A DNA stretch of 64,000 nucleotides from Octopus sinensis (GCF_006345805.1 NC_043003.1:89590001-89654000), one strand, 5' to 3'. Numbered from the stretch's first letter, positions 34,901 through 48,745 are shown. Made by a program: numbers and translations. Notes: generated by a model not told the origin, from the sequence alone.

Positions 34901-36280
34901 GTTCTACACAGTATCCTATCTAGATACGATCTCGACGACCCGATGCGGTTACTCCATGTCCACATTTGACGCATTAGGGTGGTCGAGTCGGTACCTTTCA
35001 GACAGTTGAAAACGTCTGAGCAGGTCTCTGAGGCATTTGCATCCCCGTCTATTCCTATCTCTGCCCACGCAGTCTACATGTGTGTCCAAGATAGCATTCC
35101 AATCCCCTACTAAGAGTAAAGGACGTGACGTTCCCAAGAATACTTCTAGACGTTGAAAGAAATCCGCCCGACCTGTTAAAGGCGGTGCGTAGACTGATAC
35201 GAGTCGAAAAGCGCACCCATTGCTGCCGTCGACATCCAGGACGACCAGTCTACCCTCCGGGTCTACGAATATTGTCTTTACTTTGAGATCCAGACTCTTG
35301 CGAAAAAGTATCGTGGTGCCACTACCGCCCATTCTTGGCGGACAGGGGGGAAAATAAATGTTGAACTGTCCGCCAAACATGGTCTTTAGGGCCCGCGGAT
35401 TGTGGAGTCTGGTTTCACTTATGGCTATGATTTCTAACTTGTGTGACTTTATGTAATTTAAGAGGTACCCTTGTTTCCAAGGAGACCCCAAGCCACGCGC
35501 ATTTACACAACCAATCTTGATCATAATCCTAGTGAATTAAAATACAAGCGAAAGGAACAGAGGGTTACTTACTGCTCGAAAGTTTTTGCTTTCTCCTCCT
35601 TTGGTTTGTCCTCGAGGAGATCCCAGTAAAGTTTCTTCGTGAGGTATTTTTGGCATGTACTAACCGCACTGGGGAAAATGCCTTTTAGTGTATGGTGCAG
35701 ACTTCTGGATATATGTAGTATTTTGATGTGATCCGGTGGTGTTGTGTATGGGTGATTGTTTGTTTTTATGTCATCTTCTGTTATGTTTGTTTTTGATTTG
35801 ATGTATTCCACCAAATTTATATTTTTGGTGTCTATAGCTGTGAGCATGTTTGCTGTATATATTTTTGTGGTGTTGGTGTGGCTGTTGTTTGCGGTGGGTT
35901 TTGAAATGTCTTCGAGAGATGTATTTTCCCCTACTTTGTTTGTGTTTGCACTTGGTTTGGTTGTGTTTCTGCTCTTTATTTTCCTTCCTTTTCTAGCTAT
36001 TTGCCTTTTCTCGCTGGTTTCGTCTTCCGACGAATTTTCTGAGGAATCAGAAGGGGGTAGGGGTATGTTGTAGGCTTCTATGTATGTCTGTGTAAGTGGT
36101 TGTGTTGTTGTTTTCGTTGCTGTTGGTTGTTGAGTGTTTGTGTGTGGTGAGTGCGATATAGGGGATGAGGAATCAGTTTTTGTATATTTTTTTTGTTTTT
36201 CTGTTCCTTTAGTTCTTGTTGTTGTTGGTGGTGTTGGTATTTTCTCAGGTATTTTCTCGGGTGTTGTATTATTTTTGGTT
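34491..36280 (-). mobile_element. Tx1/L1 LINE segment: ORF1 C-terminus plus APE endonuclease, truncated at the palindrome
   Basis: MIKIGCVNARGL, ISETRL, VYAPP, VGDWNAIL, SYLDRIL, TDHKLV and GPGYWKLN, with a frameshift near 34960. Confidence 0.92.
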
Positions 36281-36289
36281 AAATAAAAG

Positions 36290-39090
36290 GCACGTCTTAT
36301 AGTTTCAAAAGACTTTATTATCAGAAAACGTTCAAAGTTCAGTTTTATTGATTTAGAATAGGGAACAAACATGTTTACTCTACATTGTACAGTAGTTGAA
36401 AAACAAATAAACTGAAAGTCTTTAACTGAAAGAGTTTCTCAAACGAGTAGCACAAAATGTTCTAATTTAGCAAAAGATCATGAACGATTGCAGATTTCTG
36501 AAACTAGTTCTTTATCCCAGAAAGCGCGATTGACTTTTAGAAATAATTGTATTTCTAAATTCATTGGTGATAAGTATTGCCGAAACCTGCTGAGCTGAAG
36601 AAACGTTCCAAGATATTGGACCTTGGTATCAAAAATCTACAGTTCAGATATTGCTGAGGAGGAGTTTTAACTGTTTTGAGTTTTTTCAAACAAACTGAAG
36701 CAAAATCATCATCTTCTACAAGTAAATCAGACTGTTGTAACGTGTCTGTCACCACTTTCAGCTAATGTAGAGCAGCTACTTCATTTGTAGTTAGATCTGC
36801 TTCAGCAAGTTATAAAGTTTTCACAACTCCACTATCAAAATTTTGGCTGTGCACAATGCCTGCCGATGGAAGCAAATATTTAAAAAACCCTTTGTAAGGA
36901 TACAATGCGAGGATTTCGTCAAAAAGAATTCGAGCATCTCCTAAATCTATTTCTGTTCTTTGCAAGGCGACTGTTGCTGAGCATAACTTTCCTTAATTGT
37001 CTTTTAGAGTCTGCAGATCATTACAATCGCATGGAGTCAACAGATAATTAACCAACTTTGGATCGCCTTGAAAAGAGTCTAAAAACGGTTTGAGTTGGAT
37101 GTACCTCTCAATCCTTTCATAAGTACTGGACCAACAGGTTTTATTTCTTTGTATAGGATACAAAAGCGATATTCCCCCGAAGTTTACCCGCAAATTTTGA
37201 TGATTTTAGCTTACCCATCAACATATTAATTTTATCAAGCACAAGTTCCTGCTTGTCGAGATAAGCAGAAACAGTTAGATAGACAGGTACATCCAATCAA
37301 TGGTATTCTACACAAATTCGTTATAGATTTGTAGCGTACCTTAGTGAAATCCTCTCTATCTGATATATATAATACAAATACGGACGTAGCAGATAACAGA
37401 TAGCTTTCGGCCCCTTAGGCCCAGTTGTGTCCACTACTCTGATTGGTTTGTTTTGGTGCAGTTTAACTCTTGCTTTATTTCGCGCCAATGTGCAAACCAA
37501 CCAATCGTAACCTTCTGATAAGGTCCCGTGACGCTGTGTTTCTAAAGCTCGTTTGAGCCTCTAGTTTCTTATAAAACCCAGTGCTTCATCGAATCGAGCT
37601 GTCTTTGTTTCTTGTCCTTCTAAGGACTAACCTCTGACCACAGAGCACTCAGCCATGTTCCAGCGAGTCAACCAGTTCCAGCGACCACGACACCAACACT
37701 AGCAGCATTTCAGGACTTTTCACCATCGTTGCCTTCTTCTTAACGTAGCCTCCACCACCGTCACCTTTATCTTATCGACGCCACCAACATCAATACGTAC
37801 ACAGCAACATCGCCCGGGTTTAACTTCACGCTGTTTGTGAATACTTCATCAAGGTTAACAGCTAGCTCAACCTGCGAGAACCTTCTGTACCAAGTAACCC
37901 GGCACAGCATAGCAGCCACAACCGCTACACGACATGTGTTCAACCGGCTCTGCAATTGTAGCCTCAACTTCTGTTACAGAATTAACTATTGTGTTACTTA
38001 ATACGAACTGGTATTTATCTCCACCTTGTGTCTGATCTTCTTCTAGCGTCCTGATAGACTCATTTCTGTGCTCTGTATTTTATCTCATACGCATACATCT
38101 TGTTTGTACACATTTACACATTATGTATATTTGACGGCCTGTCTATTATTGTTCTCTTATAAGTACTTATGACACGAACACACAGACACGCACTTATGTC
38201 ACACTCACAGACACAGTCTGCTACCCACATGTCAACACCTGAATAAAACCTTTCTCTTAACATTAACGGTTGTGTCGTCTTCTCCTTATTCCTTTTGGCA
38301 CTTGTATTCATTTATCCATATTTTGGCTTTTATTGTAAGGCGACCATGCGGTGTTTAAAGGAGTCATTCATTCGTCACCATCTCCTTTCGTACGGTCGTT
38401 CTACAGATTTGTTCACTTCAGTATTATCTCCGGTGATAGCTACATTTTCTAAATTTTTTGTTACAGATACATAACACATACTCTATAAATTCGACATAAT
38501 CAAGAGCAGTGAATGATTTTACCATAAGGCGAAAATGCCAGCAAACAGTACTATAGTCATTTTGATAATTGCATAAATACGATGAAAAAAGTCTCGACGC
38601 AGTCCAACGAAAATTTACTGGGAAGTTCATCAGATATTTTCGTTTCCACTTCCTGAGTAAGTTTTTCCATGTATTTCTTTAAGGTCACATTTGTCATACT
38701 TCCCAAGTTTGTGTACCTTCAAGTCAGTGGGTCTTCAGTAAAGGAAAACGGCTTTAAACCAACACATGCCCACTCAATCCAACCATAAACATTTAAGGCC
38801 GAGCGACTGACCAAACTACTTCTTAGTGAAAGAAAACTCGATAAAGATGGTTGTCCAGTTACTTGTGTAGTAGAACACTCTGGATGCTGCTTTTTTTATA
38901 TGATTCATAAAATTAGTCCATCCAATTCTTTTTCTCTGGATCTACTTTTTTCCACACTTTCATTTCTATACATGTTCACTGTCTGTATGGTTAAAATATT
39001 TTCTGACGATTTGCTCGTTTTCACACGGCATGGGTTATTTTAAAATAAATGGTATTTCGCCACAGTTTAAAACAGAAGATATTTCGTCAC
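36290..39090 (-). mobile_element. Decayed hAT-like DNA transposon interrupted by a solo LTR
   Basis: LIPRSNILERFFSSAG (hAT dimerisation-like) and KTCWSSTY. GDNTEVNKSITNLCRIPLIGC is restored when the LTR is removed. Termini were not identified. Confidence 0.75.
37330..38405 (+). mobile_element. Solo LTR (1076 bp, 4-bp TSD, Gypsy-like)
   Basis: GATT|TGTAG...CTACA|GATT. TATA-like TTATAAAA near 37569 and AATAAA near 38243. Confidence 0.85.
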
Positions 39091-39159
39091 TCCACTGATG
39101 AAAGTCTGATTCAGTTAAGATGTTGGAGCGGAATTCAAAATACAACCGCGTTGCAGGCG

Positions 39160-39455
39160 AAGATTGTGTGAATCATTCTCAGAACCAAGAATCACTCAAC
39201 AGTGATTATTTGACAACATATAAAATAGCCAATTCCAAACACGACTGAATGTATGAATAATTCTCGGCAGTCCTAACCAAGCACCAACACTCGACAGCGG
39301 TTATTTGGCAATTTCCAAGCATGGTAGAATATGTATTCATCTGAACAGTCCGAATCAAGCATCAACACTTGACAACATACACAATAGTCAATTCCTAAGC
39401 ACGACAGAATGTGTGAATCATTCTCAGCAGTCAGAACAAAGCGTCAACACAATGC
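39160..39455. repeat. Diverged tandem repeat of about 80-85 bp (about 4 units)
   Basis: TGTGTGAATCATTCTC-like cores near 39165, 39250, 39330 and 39410. Confidence 0.65.
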
Positions 39456-39789
39456 TTCAAATAATAATTGAACATCGAATGAAGCATGACCCATTTCAAA
39501 ACCTTTCGCTGACAATGTTGCAATTAACTGCAGTTAGTTGCAATTAATTGATATGATAGCAATCAATTATTTAATTGGGTCGATATATTACTATTAATTT
39601 TTTACTACCCCTGCACACCACATAGCCGGCATAATTTTTCAGAGCAATTGAACGTGCGACATATTATATACCAGAGCCTCATATATGTAATATAGTGAGG
39701 AGAAAACTTCAATGTATTGCGATTATCTACGCAATTAGGAGACAAAACTCCCTTCAGGGATTTAAATAATGAAAAAAAGCAAGAAAGAA

Positions 39790-40210
39790 AATAGCATGAA
39801 CAGCTGTTTTCTTGTTGTGTTTTTTGTATGTTATGTTTGATTATGTTTTTAAAATTGGTAGTGGAACTAAAACTAATTTTTAAATTGTGTCTATTGAAGA
39901 GTTTCCTATAAGCATGGTTAACTGGAAAATGTCTATCTATCAGTGCTAGGAAATATTTACCTATATTGAAGGCCACCTCGGATGAGTAAGGGGGTGTAAA
40001 GCAGATGACCTTCCTATTTCTATTATTCCTTTTCCTTACTGTTGGGCTAGTAACGGGTATATATTTTATTTTTTCGCTAAAACCACTATCTTTTAAAGCC
40101 TTATTATAAACTGGGGCAACGCTATTGAAGATGTACTTATCAGAGGAGAGGCTAGAAATCCTCTTACTAATATTTTTAACTAAATTTTTGAATACTCTAG
40201 GGGGATGGCA
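39790..40210 (-). mobile_element. Penelope-like fragment (thumb/linker region)
   Basis: HPPRVFKNLVKNISKRISSLSS...ALKDSGF and RKVICFTPPYSSEVAFNIGKYFLALIDRHFP...KLFNRHNLKISFS. Confidence 0.8.
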
Positions 40211-40559
40211 TTATCAGGGGATGTCAGAGTTCCATATAAAGGAATTTATGTAGAGAACAGGATTGTCACAACTACAATGCCAAATACTACTATTTGATGA
40301 ACAGATTTGGCGTTAGGAGAACGAGGTCAATGTCAAGTGGTTACAATAACATTCACAGAGAATGCAGAGACCTTATAAAACCTATGCACATCATCACAAC
40401 AATCAGCCTATAGGTTCCGAGTACTTTGACACGTTAGAATAAAGGAAAAAATATAGATCTAAAATTTATTCAATTTAGAGAAAAGACTATCACTTATTAT
40501 GAGTAGGCATAGTGCTTATTAACTGAGGAAAAAAAGCCTTATTAATCAAATGAATATAT

Positions 40560-41677
40560 TAGGGGTCAAAATATATACTAGGAAAGATGGAAGAGGAGAA
40601 ATCAAAGAAGAAAGATATTCGTAGGTTTAGTAGAAGGTGATTTAATAATATGAAGAGAGGTAATTTAGAAGAGTAAATTATTCAGATTTCATAGATAGTG
40701 AGTTGATATTAATGAATTAAAATATAGGATTTGTTGGAAATAATATTTACTACCTGCGGATACGGTTAATTAGTTAGGTAAAAAATATCTTAGGTTAATT
40801 ATATATTAAGAAATGGAAGTGAGATAATCAAGGTGAACCAGATAGTTTCCCTAGGGACATAGGATTTATACTATTTAGTATTGGAGAATATTATAAAAAA
40901 GAAGAATTTAATTCTAAGTTCGCAATGAAGTTTTTTAGTCATCTATGAGTGTTAAATTAAAACCAATATGGTATATTCGTTCCTATTTGGTTAAATATAT
41001 TTGGTAAAGTTATCTTAGGCTAATTATATATTAAGAAATGGAAGTGAGATAATCAGGGTGAACTGAATAGTTTCCTTAGGGACATACGATTCATACTATT
41101 TAGTATTCATACTATTTAGGATTCATACTATTTAGGATTCAAACTATTTATATTCATACAATTTCACGCTGGTGAGACCCATATTGGAGTACGGGATTCA
41201 AGCCTCTTCTCCTTATCTCCCCAAAGACATACAGCATCTCGAAAGAGTCCAGAAGCTGGCTACCCGCATGGTTCATGGTCTCAAAAATTTGTCCTATGAA
41301 GAAAGGCTGAGGACGCTCGACCTTTATTCTCTTGAAAAACGCCGCCGCCGTGGTGATCTCATTATCGCCCACAACATCATAAGCGGAAAGTGTAACCTCT
41401 CGAAAGAGCTGTTCTTCACTCCTGCTCCAGAGCGTCGGCTGCGGGGTCATTCCGAAAAGCTCTACCTGCGACGATTTCATCTCAATCGAAGGAGAGGAGC
41501 TTTCTCCGTCCGGGTTGCGGATCCGTGGAACAAGCTGCCAGACGAGATGGTGAAGATGCCGACGACCGCTTTGTTCAAAGCCTCCCTTGACCTCAAGTGG
41601 CCTGAACTCTTTACATGAACACCACCCTGTACTTAACTCCATGTCCCCTACATGGCCTTGCTACTTGCTTTTGAGCC

Positions 41678-41712
<35 letters not shown>

Positions 41713-42200
41713 TATTAGAAAAAAGAAGAATTCAATTTTAAGTTTGCAGTGAAGTTATTTAGTCATCTATGAATGTTAAATTGAAATCCAGTATGGTATA
41801 TTCGTTCTTATTTGGGTATAAAGAATTAAAATTTGAAAAATTTAGGAATATTCATAATATTATTATTTAAAGTATTTAAACGTTCGGATTGTACGATGTA
41901 TACAAGATACTCCCAGCTCCAAACGGTTATTCAACAGATTTGTATTACTCTGATGTTTCAAAATTTCATAAGTTTCCATAGAACAAAGTTGACAACCATC
42001 CCTACTATTTTTATAAGGTCGCGCTCTTCTTACTATATCCCATTTTAGGATGAATTCTATATTATTAGTTTTTAGTTCCTAAAAACTGGATTTTAGTCGG
42101 TCAGTTGATGGGCTCCACTACCTCAAATGTTCTTAAAATTTAAATCCACATCTTTGTCTATATATCTACCTTCTCTATAATGTTACCACTTGATATGTAA
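40560..42200 (-). mobile_element. Probable highly decayed Penelope-like fragment with an about 227-bp tandem duplication and a CR1 insertion
   Basis: A PRETIWFT-like remnant. The unit TAATTATATATTAAGAAATGGAAGTGAGATAATC occurs at about 40796 and 41021. Confidence 0.45.
41160..41712 (+). mobile_element. CR1-clade LINE 3' fragment
   Basis: VRPILEYG, LERVQKLATRM, LSYEERL, LEKRRRRGDLI and WNKLP, with a (CTAA)n tail. Confidence 0.92.
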
Positions 42201-42229
42201 ATTTTGTATTAATGGAAAACCTCTATAAA

Positions 42230-42313
42230 TGGCTGATGAGTGCTCGACTTTTTAAAATTGTTGTAATACTTACAACATTTAATAAAATGATGTAGTGCGA
42301 AACGATCGTACCA
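42230..42313 (+). ncRNA. Hammerhead ribozyme motif with a long stem II
   Basis: TGG-CTGATGA-GTGC...GTGC-GAA-ACGATCGT-A-CCA, with an internal hairpin TGTTGTAA-TAC-TTACAACA. Confidence 0.75.
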
Positions 42314-42470
42314 AATTACCGGAGTCATTCTTGTTGCTTATTTTGATTATATATATATATATATAGTTAATCCCCCCTAAAAAACGAAGAATAAACACAA
42401 CAAAAACAAAACGCGAGAACGTGGTACATGCAAAGTATTAGCAGACGCTCAGGGAAGGAAAGAAAGCTAA

Positions 42471-42502
42471 TTTTACGTTTCGACAAAGCTCTTCGTCAGA
42501 AA
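42471..42502 (-). ncRNA. Minimal hammerhead motif (stem II degenerate)
   Basis: TTT-CTGACGA-AGAGCTTTGTC-GAA-ACGT-A-AAA inside a short repeat-like segment (about 42365-42650). Confidence 0.6.
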
Positions 42503-42703
42503 CAGGAGACGGAGGAAAGTCCAAGAGAAAAGGACGACGGAGGGAAAAAATCACCAACGATCCACATGTGGTTACATTTTGAAATGACCGGAAGGGAATG
42601 GGTGAAGAAAAAGTTCTTTCTGAGACAGGAGAGAGTGAGAGGAGGAGGTATGTGTGTGTATGTGCGTGCGCGCAAGTCTGTGTATGTGTGTGGGTATATG
42701 TGG

Positions 42704-42795
<92 letters not shown>

Positions 42796-42797
<2 letters not shown>

Positions 42798-43208
42798 CGC
42801 AGGAGTGGCTGTTTTGGTAAGTAGCTTGCTAACCAACCACATGGTTCCGGGTTCAGTCCCACTGCGTGGCATCTTGGGCAAGTGTCTTCTGCTATAGCCC
42901 CGGGCCGACCAATGCTTTGTGAGTGGATTGGTAGACGGAAACTGAAAGAAGCCTGTCGTATATATGTATATATATATAAGTGTGTGTGAATATGTTTGTG
43001 TGTCTGTGTTTGTTCCCCTAGCATTGCTTGACAACCGATGCTGGTGTGTTTACGTCCCCGTCACTTAGCGGTTCGGCAAAAAAGACCGATAGAATAAGTA
43101 CTGGGCATACAAAGAATAAGTCCCGGGGTCGATTTGCTCGACTAAAGGCGGTGCTCCAGCATGGCCGCAGTCAAATGACTGAAACAAGTAAAAAGAGTAA
43201 AAAAAGAG
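42796..43208 (+). mobile_element. Full-length major-family tRNA-derived SINE
   Basis: GGCGCAGGAGTGGCTG head, GGTTCAGTCCC B-box-like motif, internal (TA)/(TG) linker and AAGAGTAAA tail. Confidence 0.92.
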
Positions 43209-43440
43209 TATATATATATATATATATATATCACATATTGTAGTTTCTTGCATCTGTAAAAATGACTTATTGATGAACACTGTTGTTTATATCCTCCCTG
43301 ATAAGATTGATCCATTTTTCTATATTATTCTTTCTCTCGGATTTATTTTAATGCATCTATCGAAACATATGTCGGTGATATGTTGATATCAATGATTTAA
43401 ATAACATCTTGAGAGGTCGTCTCCATTTTCCATTATTCCG

Positions 43441-43518
<78 letters not shown>

Positions 43519-43727
43519 ATACACATACGCACATGCACACACATACATACATGTGTGTATCTGTGAAGAAAGAAAGAAAGAAAGAAAAGATCATAAGAAC
43601 AAAACTACTATAGTGGTATGTCTGTGTCGTAGAAAAGACTATTAATGATTCTAGAGTTCGCACTGTACACACACATACACACACACATACATTTATGTGT
43701 GTGCATATGTATGTCTATGACTGAAAA

Positions 43728-43782
<55 letters not shown>

Positions 43783-44079
43783 AAGATAAGTAGAAAGGAA
43801 GTGAGATGCAACAAAATAAAGAAAAAGGTTATCAGAATAAATAGAGAGCGCCAAATGAACATGTTGATGGACTTAAGTTGTGTGGTTTAGTGCGATTTCC
43901 CTTGTTTTGTCAAGGGAATAACAGAAACATACTGAAGGAAATGGAAAAGAAAAACAAAATAAGGAAGTGGAAACGGTTTTGATATCGTAAAATGTTTAAG
44001 ATTTTAAAGAATGAGGAGAACTGAAAGGGGAAATTCTTCTATTACATTTGTGAAAAGCTCTAAGTGATGTGATTACAAA

Positions 44080-44680
44080 TACACACGTATGCGGAATGAA
44101 ACTTTTTGAAAATTGTTTTCGGTAATTATGTGTTACTTTATATATTTTTGTGGAGCTGATGCGAAATATCAAAAAAGCTCTTTCCCATCACCTAAGGTTT
44201 CCTCACAATTTAGCGATAAAATATACCGAATTCTATAGGTAAATCCACATATGGTAGAACAAAATGTAACTAATATAAAATGAATTTGGCACTTTATTTA
44301 GTAAAATAGAATGGCACAAATGCAACTGAAAGGTGAGAAAATAGATTTTTACAAGACTTCCATCTGTATTTTGGATTCAACACCTCAAATCTTCTTTTTC
44401 ACTTGGAAACTACGCCTGGAATTCTTTCACTCCTGAGTATTTAATCCACGATCTAATCGGTCATCATATTGACATTCTATCTTCCTTGATATCTTCTTTC
44501 CATTTCCTTTTTATGTCTTGAAGAAACCTTATCTCCTGCTCCTCGTTCACATCTCCCAGACTTTCTGGAATGAAATCCAAGTGGGCATGTGGGAAATGAG
44601 CTTTAATGCTCATTGGGGTTAATTTTAAATGTCTGAGTTCTGGCGCGTTAAATTCCGGAAACAATAGGCGAAACCAGTAT
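44080..44680 (-). mobile_element. DNA transposon 3' fragment, probably Chapaev3-like
   Basis: MSIKAHFPHAHLDFIPESLGDVNEEQEIRFLQDIK resembles the KIHFLHSHLDFFPENLG..SDEQGERFHQDI motif. The family assignment is from memory. Confidence 0.5.
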
Positions 44681-44906
44681 ACGATTAATTCTTGATTTTT
44701 ATATAATTTTCATCTGTCTTGCCCGCCTATGTTCTGGTGTTCGCTGAATTTTCTCTGGAGAACATTCTTTCTTTGTAGTTAGATCGTATCTGATCTTCTT
44801 CTAGCATATGGCTGTCCTTCCAGTGGTGTTTTAGTCCTAATTATACACACACACACATATATATATATATATGTTCAGAGAGAAAGACAAAGATAGATAG
44901 ATAGAT

Positions 44907-44948
<42 letters not shown>

Positions 44949-45019
44949 ATGCGCGTCTGTGTTCAGGGTCAATTTGGTCAAGGAATACCTAGAAGTCCAA
45001 GCATATAAGCAATCTAGAC

Positions 45020-45760
45020 AAAAGTGCGGCATCAGCTCCCGTAAATATATTTAAATAAATTGGAACTGTTACAAAGATGACCACCTCACTCTATAGGCCC
45101 ATGATTTTGACTAACTTAATAAACTCAGAACACTAATTAATAATATAAACAACAATATGCACTTCACAGTAGAGTTCGGTCAAAATTCAAACTATTACTT
45201 TTTCAGTGACATTAATACTCAACAGTGTTAACTGATAACTAGATAGAACTTCCAAATTAAGAAGGTAAAAAAATTGAAATACACTATATATCCTACCTTA
45301 CATCACAACATAAAATCCAAGAAATACAAAAATATACAACGGTATCTATCAAAACATTCATGCTTCAGCTAGGAAATGAAAAAAGGGAAAACTGCATTAA
45401 CCTGAATGAAGATACATCGTGTAAAGTTAAGCCAGGAGATATTTTCATAGTAAAAAATCATTTCATCTGTTTGTCAAAAATTTGACTAATGTTATTAAAT
45501 GTAATGGTTTCAAACTTAACTTACTTTGAGAAGCAGATTTGATATTCATAGGCAGCAAATATGTCATAATACCAATCAGATTCCACTAAGTGAACATTTA
45601 GATCTATGTGCAACAAACAAATCACTCAAAATTCAGTTTTCCCACTTTACGTTTGTTCTAGAAAAAAAACCCCAGATAATATGCGCACAAATAAAGAAGA
45701 TATTTTTATTAAAAAATACAAACCATGGCTGAATAAGCTATAACAACATATCGAATAGAA
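45020..45760 (+). mobile_element. Decayed Penelope-like fragment (RT end and GIY-YIG C-terminus)
   Basis: NNINNNMHFTVE, LRSRFDIHRQQI...PLSEHLDLC and KEDIFIKKYKPWLN. Confidence 0.65.
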
Positions 45761-46282
45761 TCATTTTACTTGTGGAGTTCACATTTACAGGAATGTTTAA
45801 TTGAGATATGCTAGTACTATTCTTCATGTGACGTGAGTCTTTTACCAACTGAATAATCATTCATGTGAATACTATTATATGTATTTGTTGAAATAACTTT
45901 TAGATGTTTGCGGTTATTTTTCAGATGGAATGAGGATTTCTTGAAAGGTTCCTGCCATTTTCTTAACTAGTAGATGTTGTTTATTTCCGATTTTATTTGA
46001 AATCAGTTTTAAATAAGCTGTAACGTACCATACGACATATGTTTGCAAGATGTTAGTCTTTCTAGCTATGGCAAGGCCATATTTTAACTTTCAGTTAACT
46101 TACTTAGAATAGGTTGCTTCTCAGAAGATTATATTCAGGTACATCAATTCATGTATTCTCTAGTAGTATTATTAGTTTGGCCATGGTAGTTAGATTGCGT
46201 TCTAAAACATGAACGGCTCAACAATTAATGTCTTGCATTCCATTGTACATATTTTACCTATGTACAATGAATTAATTATATT

Positions 46283-46445
46283 CTTTTCTACTCTAAGCAC
46301 AAGGACCGAAATTTTGGGGAAGGGGGCCAGTCGATTACATCGACCCCAGGACGCAACTGGTACTTAATTTATCGACTCCGAAAGGATGAAAGGCAAGGTC
46401 GACTTCGGCGGAATTTGAACTCAGAACGTAAAGACAGACGAAATA
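46283..46445 (-). mobile_element. SINE of the second family
   Basis: GTCGATTACATCGACCCCAG...GAAAGGATGAAAGGCAAGGTCGAC...GGAATTTGAACTC. Confidence 0.8.
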
Positions 46446-47122
46446 ATGAATTAACTACATTGAAAATATATTCGCAAACATGTCTATGATATTTAAAGAT
46501 TTACAATGCGTAAGATAGAAACAATGTTTTAATTAATACTGTTATGTGATAATTGTACATAGTTATTATAAACAGAACAAGGCAAGTAATTATATGGAAA
46601 GATATTTGCATATGTGTAGATATGTATGAATGTCGACATTACCAACCATGGTTGATTATTTTTGTCGAATATGAGATGCAAAGCAATTTATGCAACACAA
46701 GTAGAAAATGCGAATACTTTTTATGGAACCGAGTGACTCTGGTGATTCTGTTGATTCTGTTTAGGAGTTCAATAATCTCACATTTTATAACCTTTGGAGG
46801 CGCATGGCTCAATGGTTAGAGCGTCGAGTTCGCGATTATGAAATGTATATATATATATATATATTTATGCTTATTAGTGTGTTGTCTTATTTTTTTAATT
46901 AACTGAGTTTTCCTATAAAAAAAAAGAGTTGGTTTTTAAAAAGAACAACTTTAAATTCCATCTCTATGATTTAGACAACAATAACGATGAAGAATTACAA
47001 GTCGGATTTTAGAAGTATTGCATATTTTTATCGTTTCACTTGTTAATTGTATTCGAAAAGTGTGTGCGAACCACTAACTTTCTTTATCTGAAAACTCGAG
47101 TAATTCAAGATTAACATTTAAT

Positions 47123-47922
47123 TGTATGTATGTATGTATGTATGTATGTATGTATGTATGTATGTATGTATGTATGTATGTATGTATGTATGTATGTATG
47201 TATGTATGTATGTATGTATGTATGTATGTATGTATGTATGTATGTATGTATGTATGTATGTATGTATGTATGTATGTATGTATGTATTATGTATGTATGT
47301 ATGTATGTATGTATGTATGTATGTATGTATGTATGTAGTATGTATGTATGTATGTATGTATGTATGTATGTATGTATGTATGTATGTATGTATGTATGTA
47401 TGTATGTATGTATGTATGTATGTATGTATGTATGTATGTATTAGGTATGTATGTATGTATGTATGTATGTATGTATGTATGTATGTATGTATGTATGTAT
47501 GTATGTATGTATGTATGTATGTATGTATGTATGTATGTATGTATGTATGTATGTATGGTATGTATGTATGTATGTATGTATGTATGTATGTATGTATGTA
47601 TGTATGTATGTATGTATGTATGTATGTATGTATGTATGTATGTATGTATGTATGTATGTTATGTATGTATGTATGTATGTATGTATGGTGTATGTATGTA
47701 TATGTATGTAGTATGTATGTATGTATGTATGTATGTATGTATGTATGTATGTATGTAGTATGTATGTATGATGTATGTATGTATGTATGTATGTATGTAT
47801 GTATGTATTATGTATGTATGTATGTATGTATGTATGTATGTATGTATGTATGTAGTATGTATGTATGTATGTAGTATGTATTATGTATGTATGTATGTAT
47901 GTATGTATGTATGGTATGTATG

Positions 47923-47954
<32 letters not shown>

Positions 47955-48745
47955 TGTATGTATGTATGTATGTATGTATGTATGTATGTATGTATGTATG
48001 TATGTTATGTATGTATGTATGTTGTATGTATGTATGTGGTATGTATGTATGTATGTATGTATGTATGTATGTATGTATGTATGTAGTAATGTATGTATGT
48101 ATGTATGTATGTATGTATGTATGTATGTATGTTATGTATGTATGTATGTATGTATGTATTATGTATGTATGTATGTATTGTATGTAGGTATGTATGTATG
48201 TATGTATGTATGTTATGTATGTATGATGTATGTATGTATGTATGTATGTATGTATGTATGTATGTATGTATGTATGTATGTATGTATGTATGTATGATGT
48301 ATGTATGTATGTATGTATGTATGTATGTATGTATGTATGTATGTATGTATGTATGTATGTATGTATGTATGTATGTATGTATGTATGTATGTATGTATGT
48401 ATGTATGTATGTATGTATGTATGTATGTATGTATGTATGTATGTATGTATGTATGTATGTATGTATGTATGTATGTATGTATGTATGTGTATGTATATGT
48501 ATGTATGTATGTATGTATGTAGTATGTATGTATGTATGTTATGTATGTATGTATGTATGTAGTATGTATGTAGTATGTATGTATGTATGTATGTATGTAT
48601 GTATGTATGTGTTGTATGTATGTATGTATGTATGTTGTATGTATGTATGTATGTATGTATGTATGTATTATGTATGTATGTATGTATGTATTGTATGTAT
48701 GTATGTATGTATGTATGTATGTATGTATGTAGGTATGTATGTATG

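Noticed and set aside
39093-39135. CTGATGA core
   Set aside because: No downstream GAAA or stem III arrangement.
39160-39455. CRISPR-like periodicity (also the 58.2-59.2 kb array)
   Set aside because: Whole units are homologous with no unique spacers, there are no cas genes, and the context is eukaryotic.
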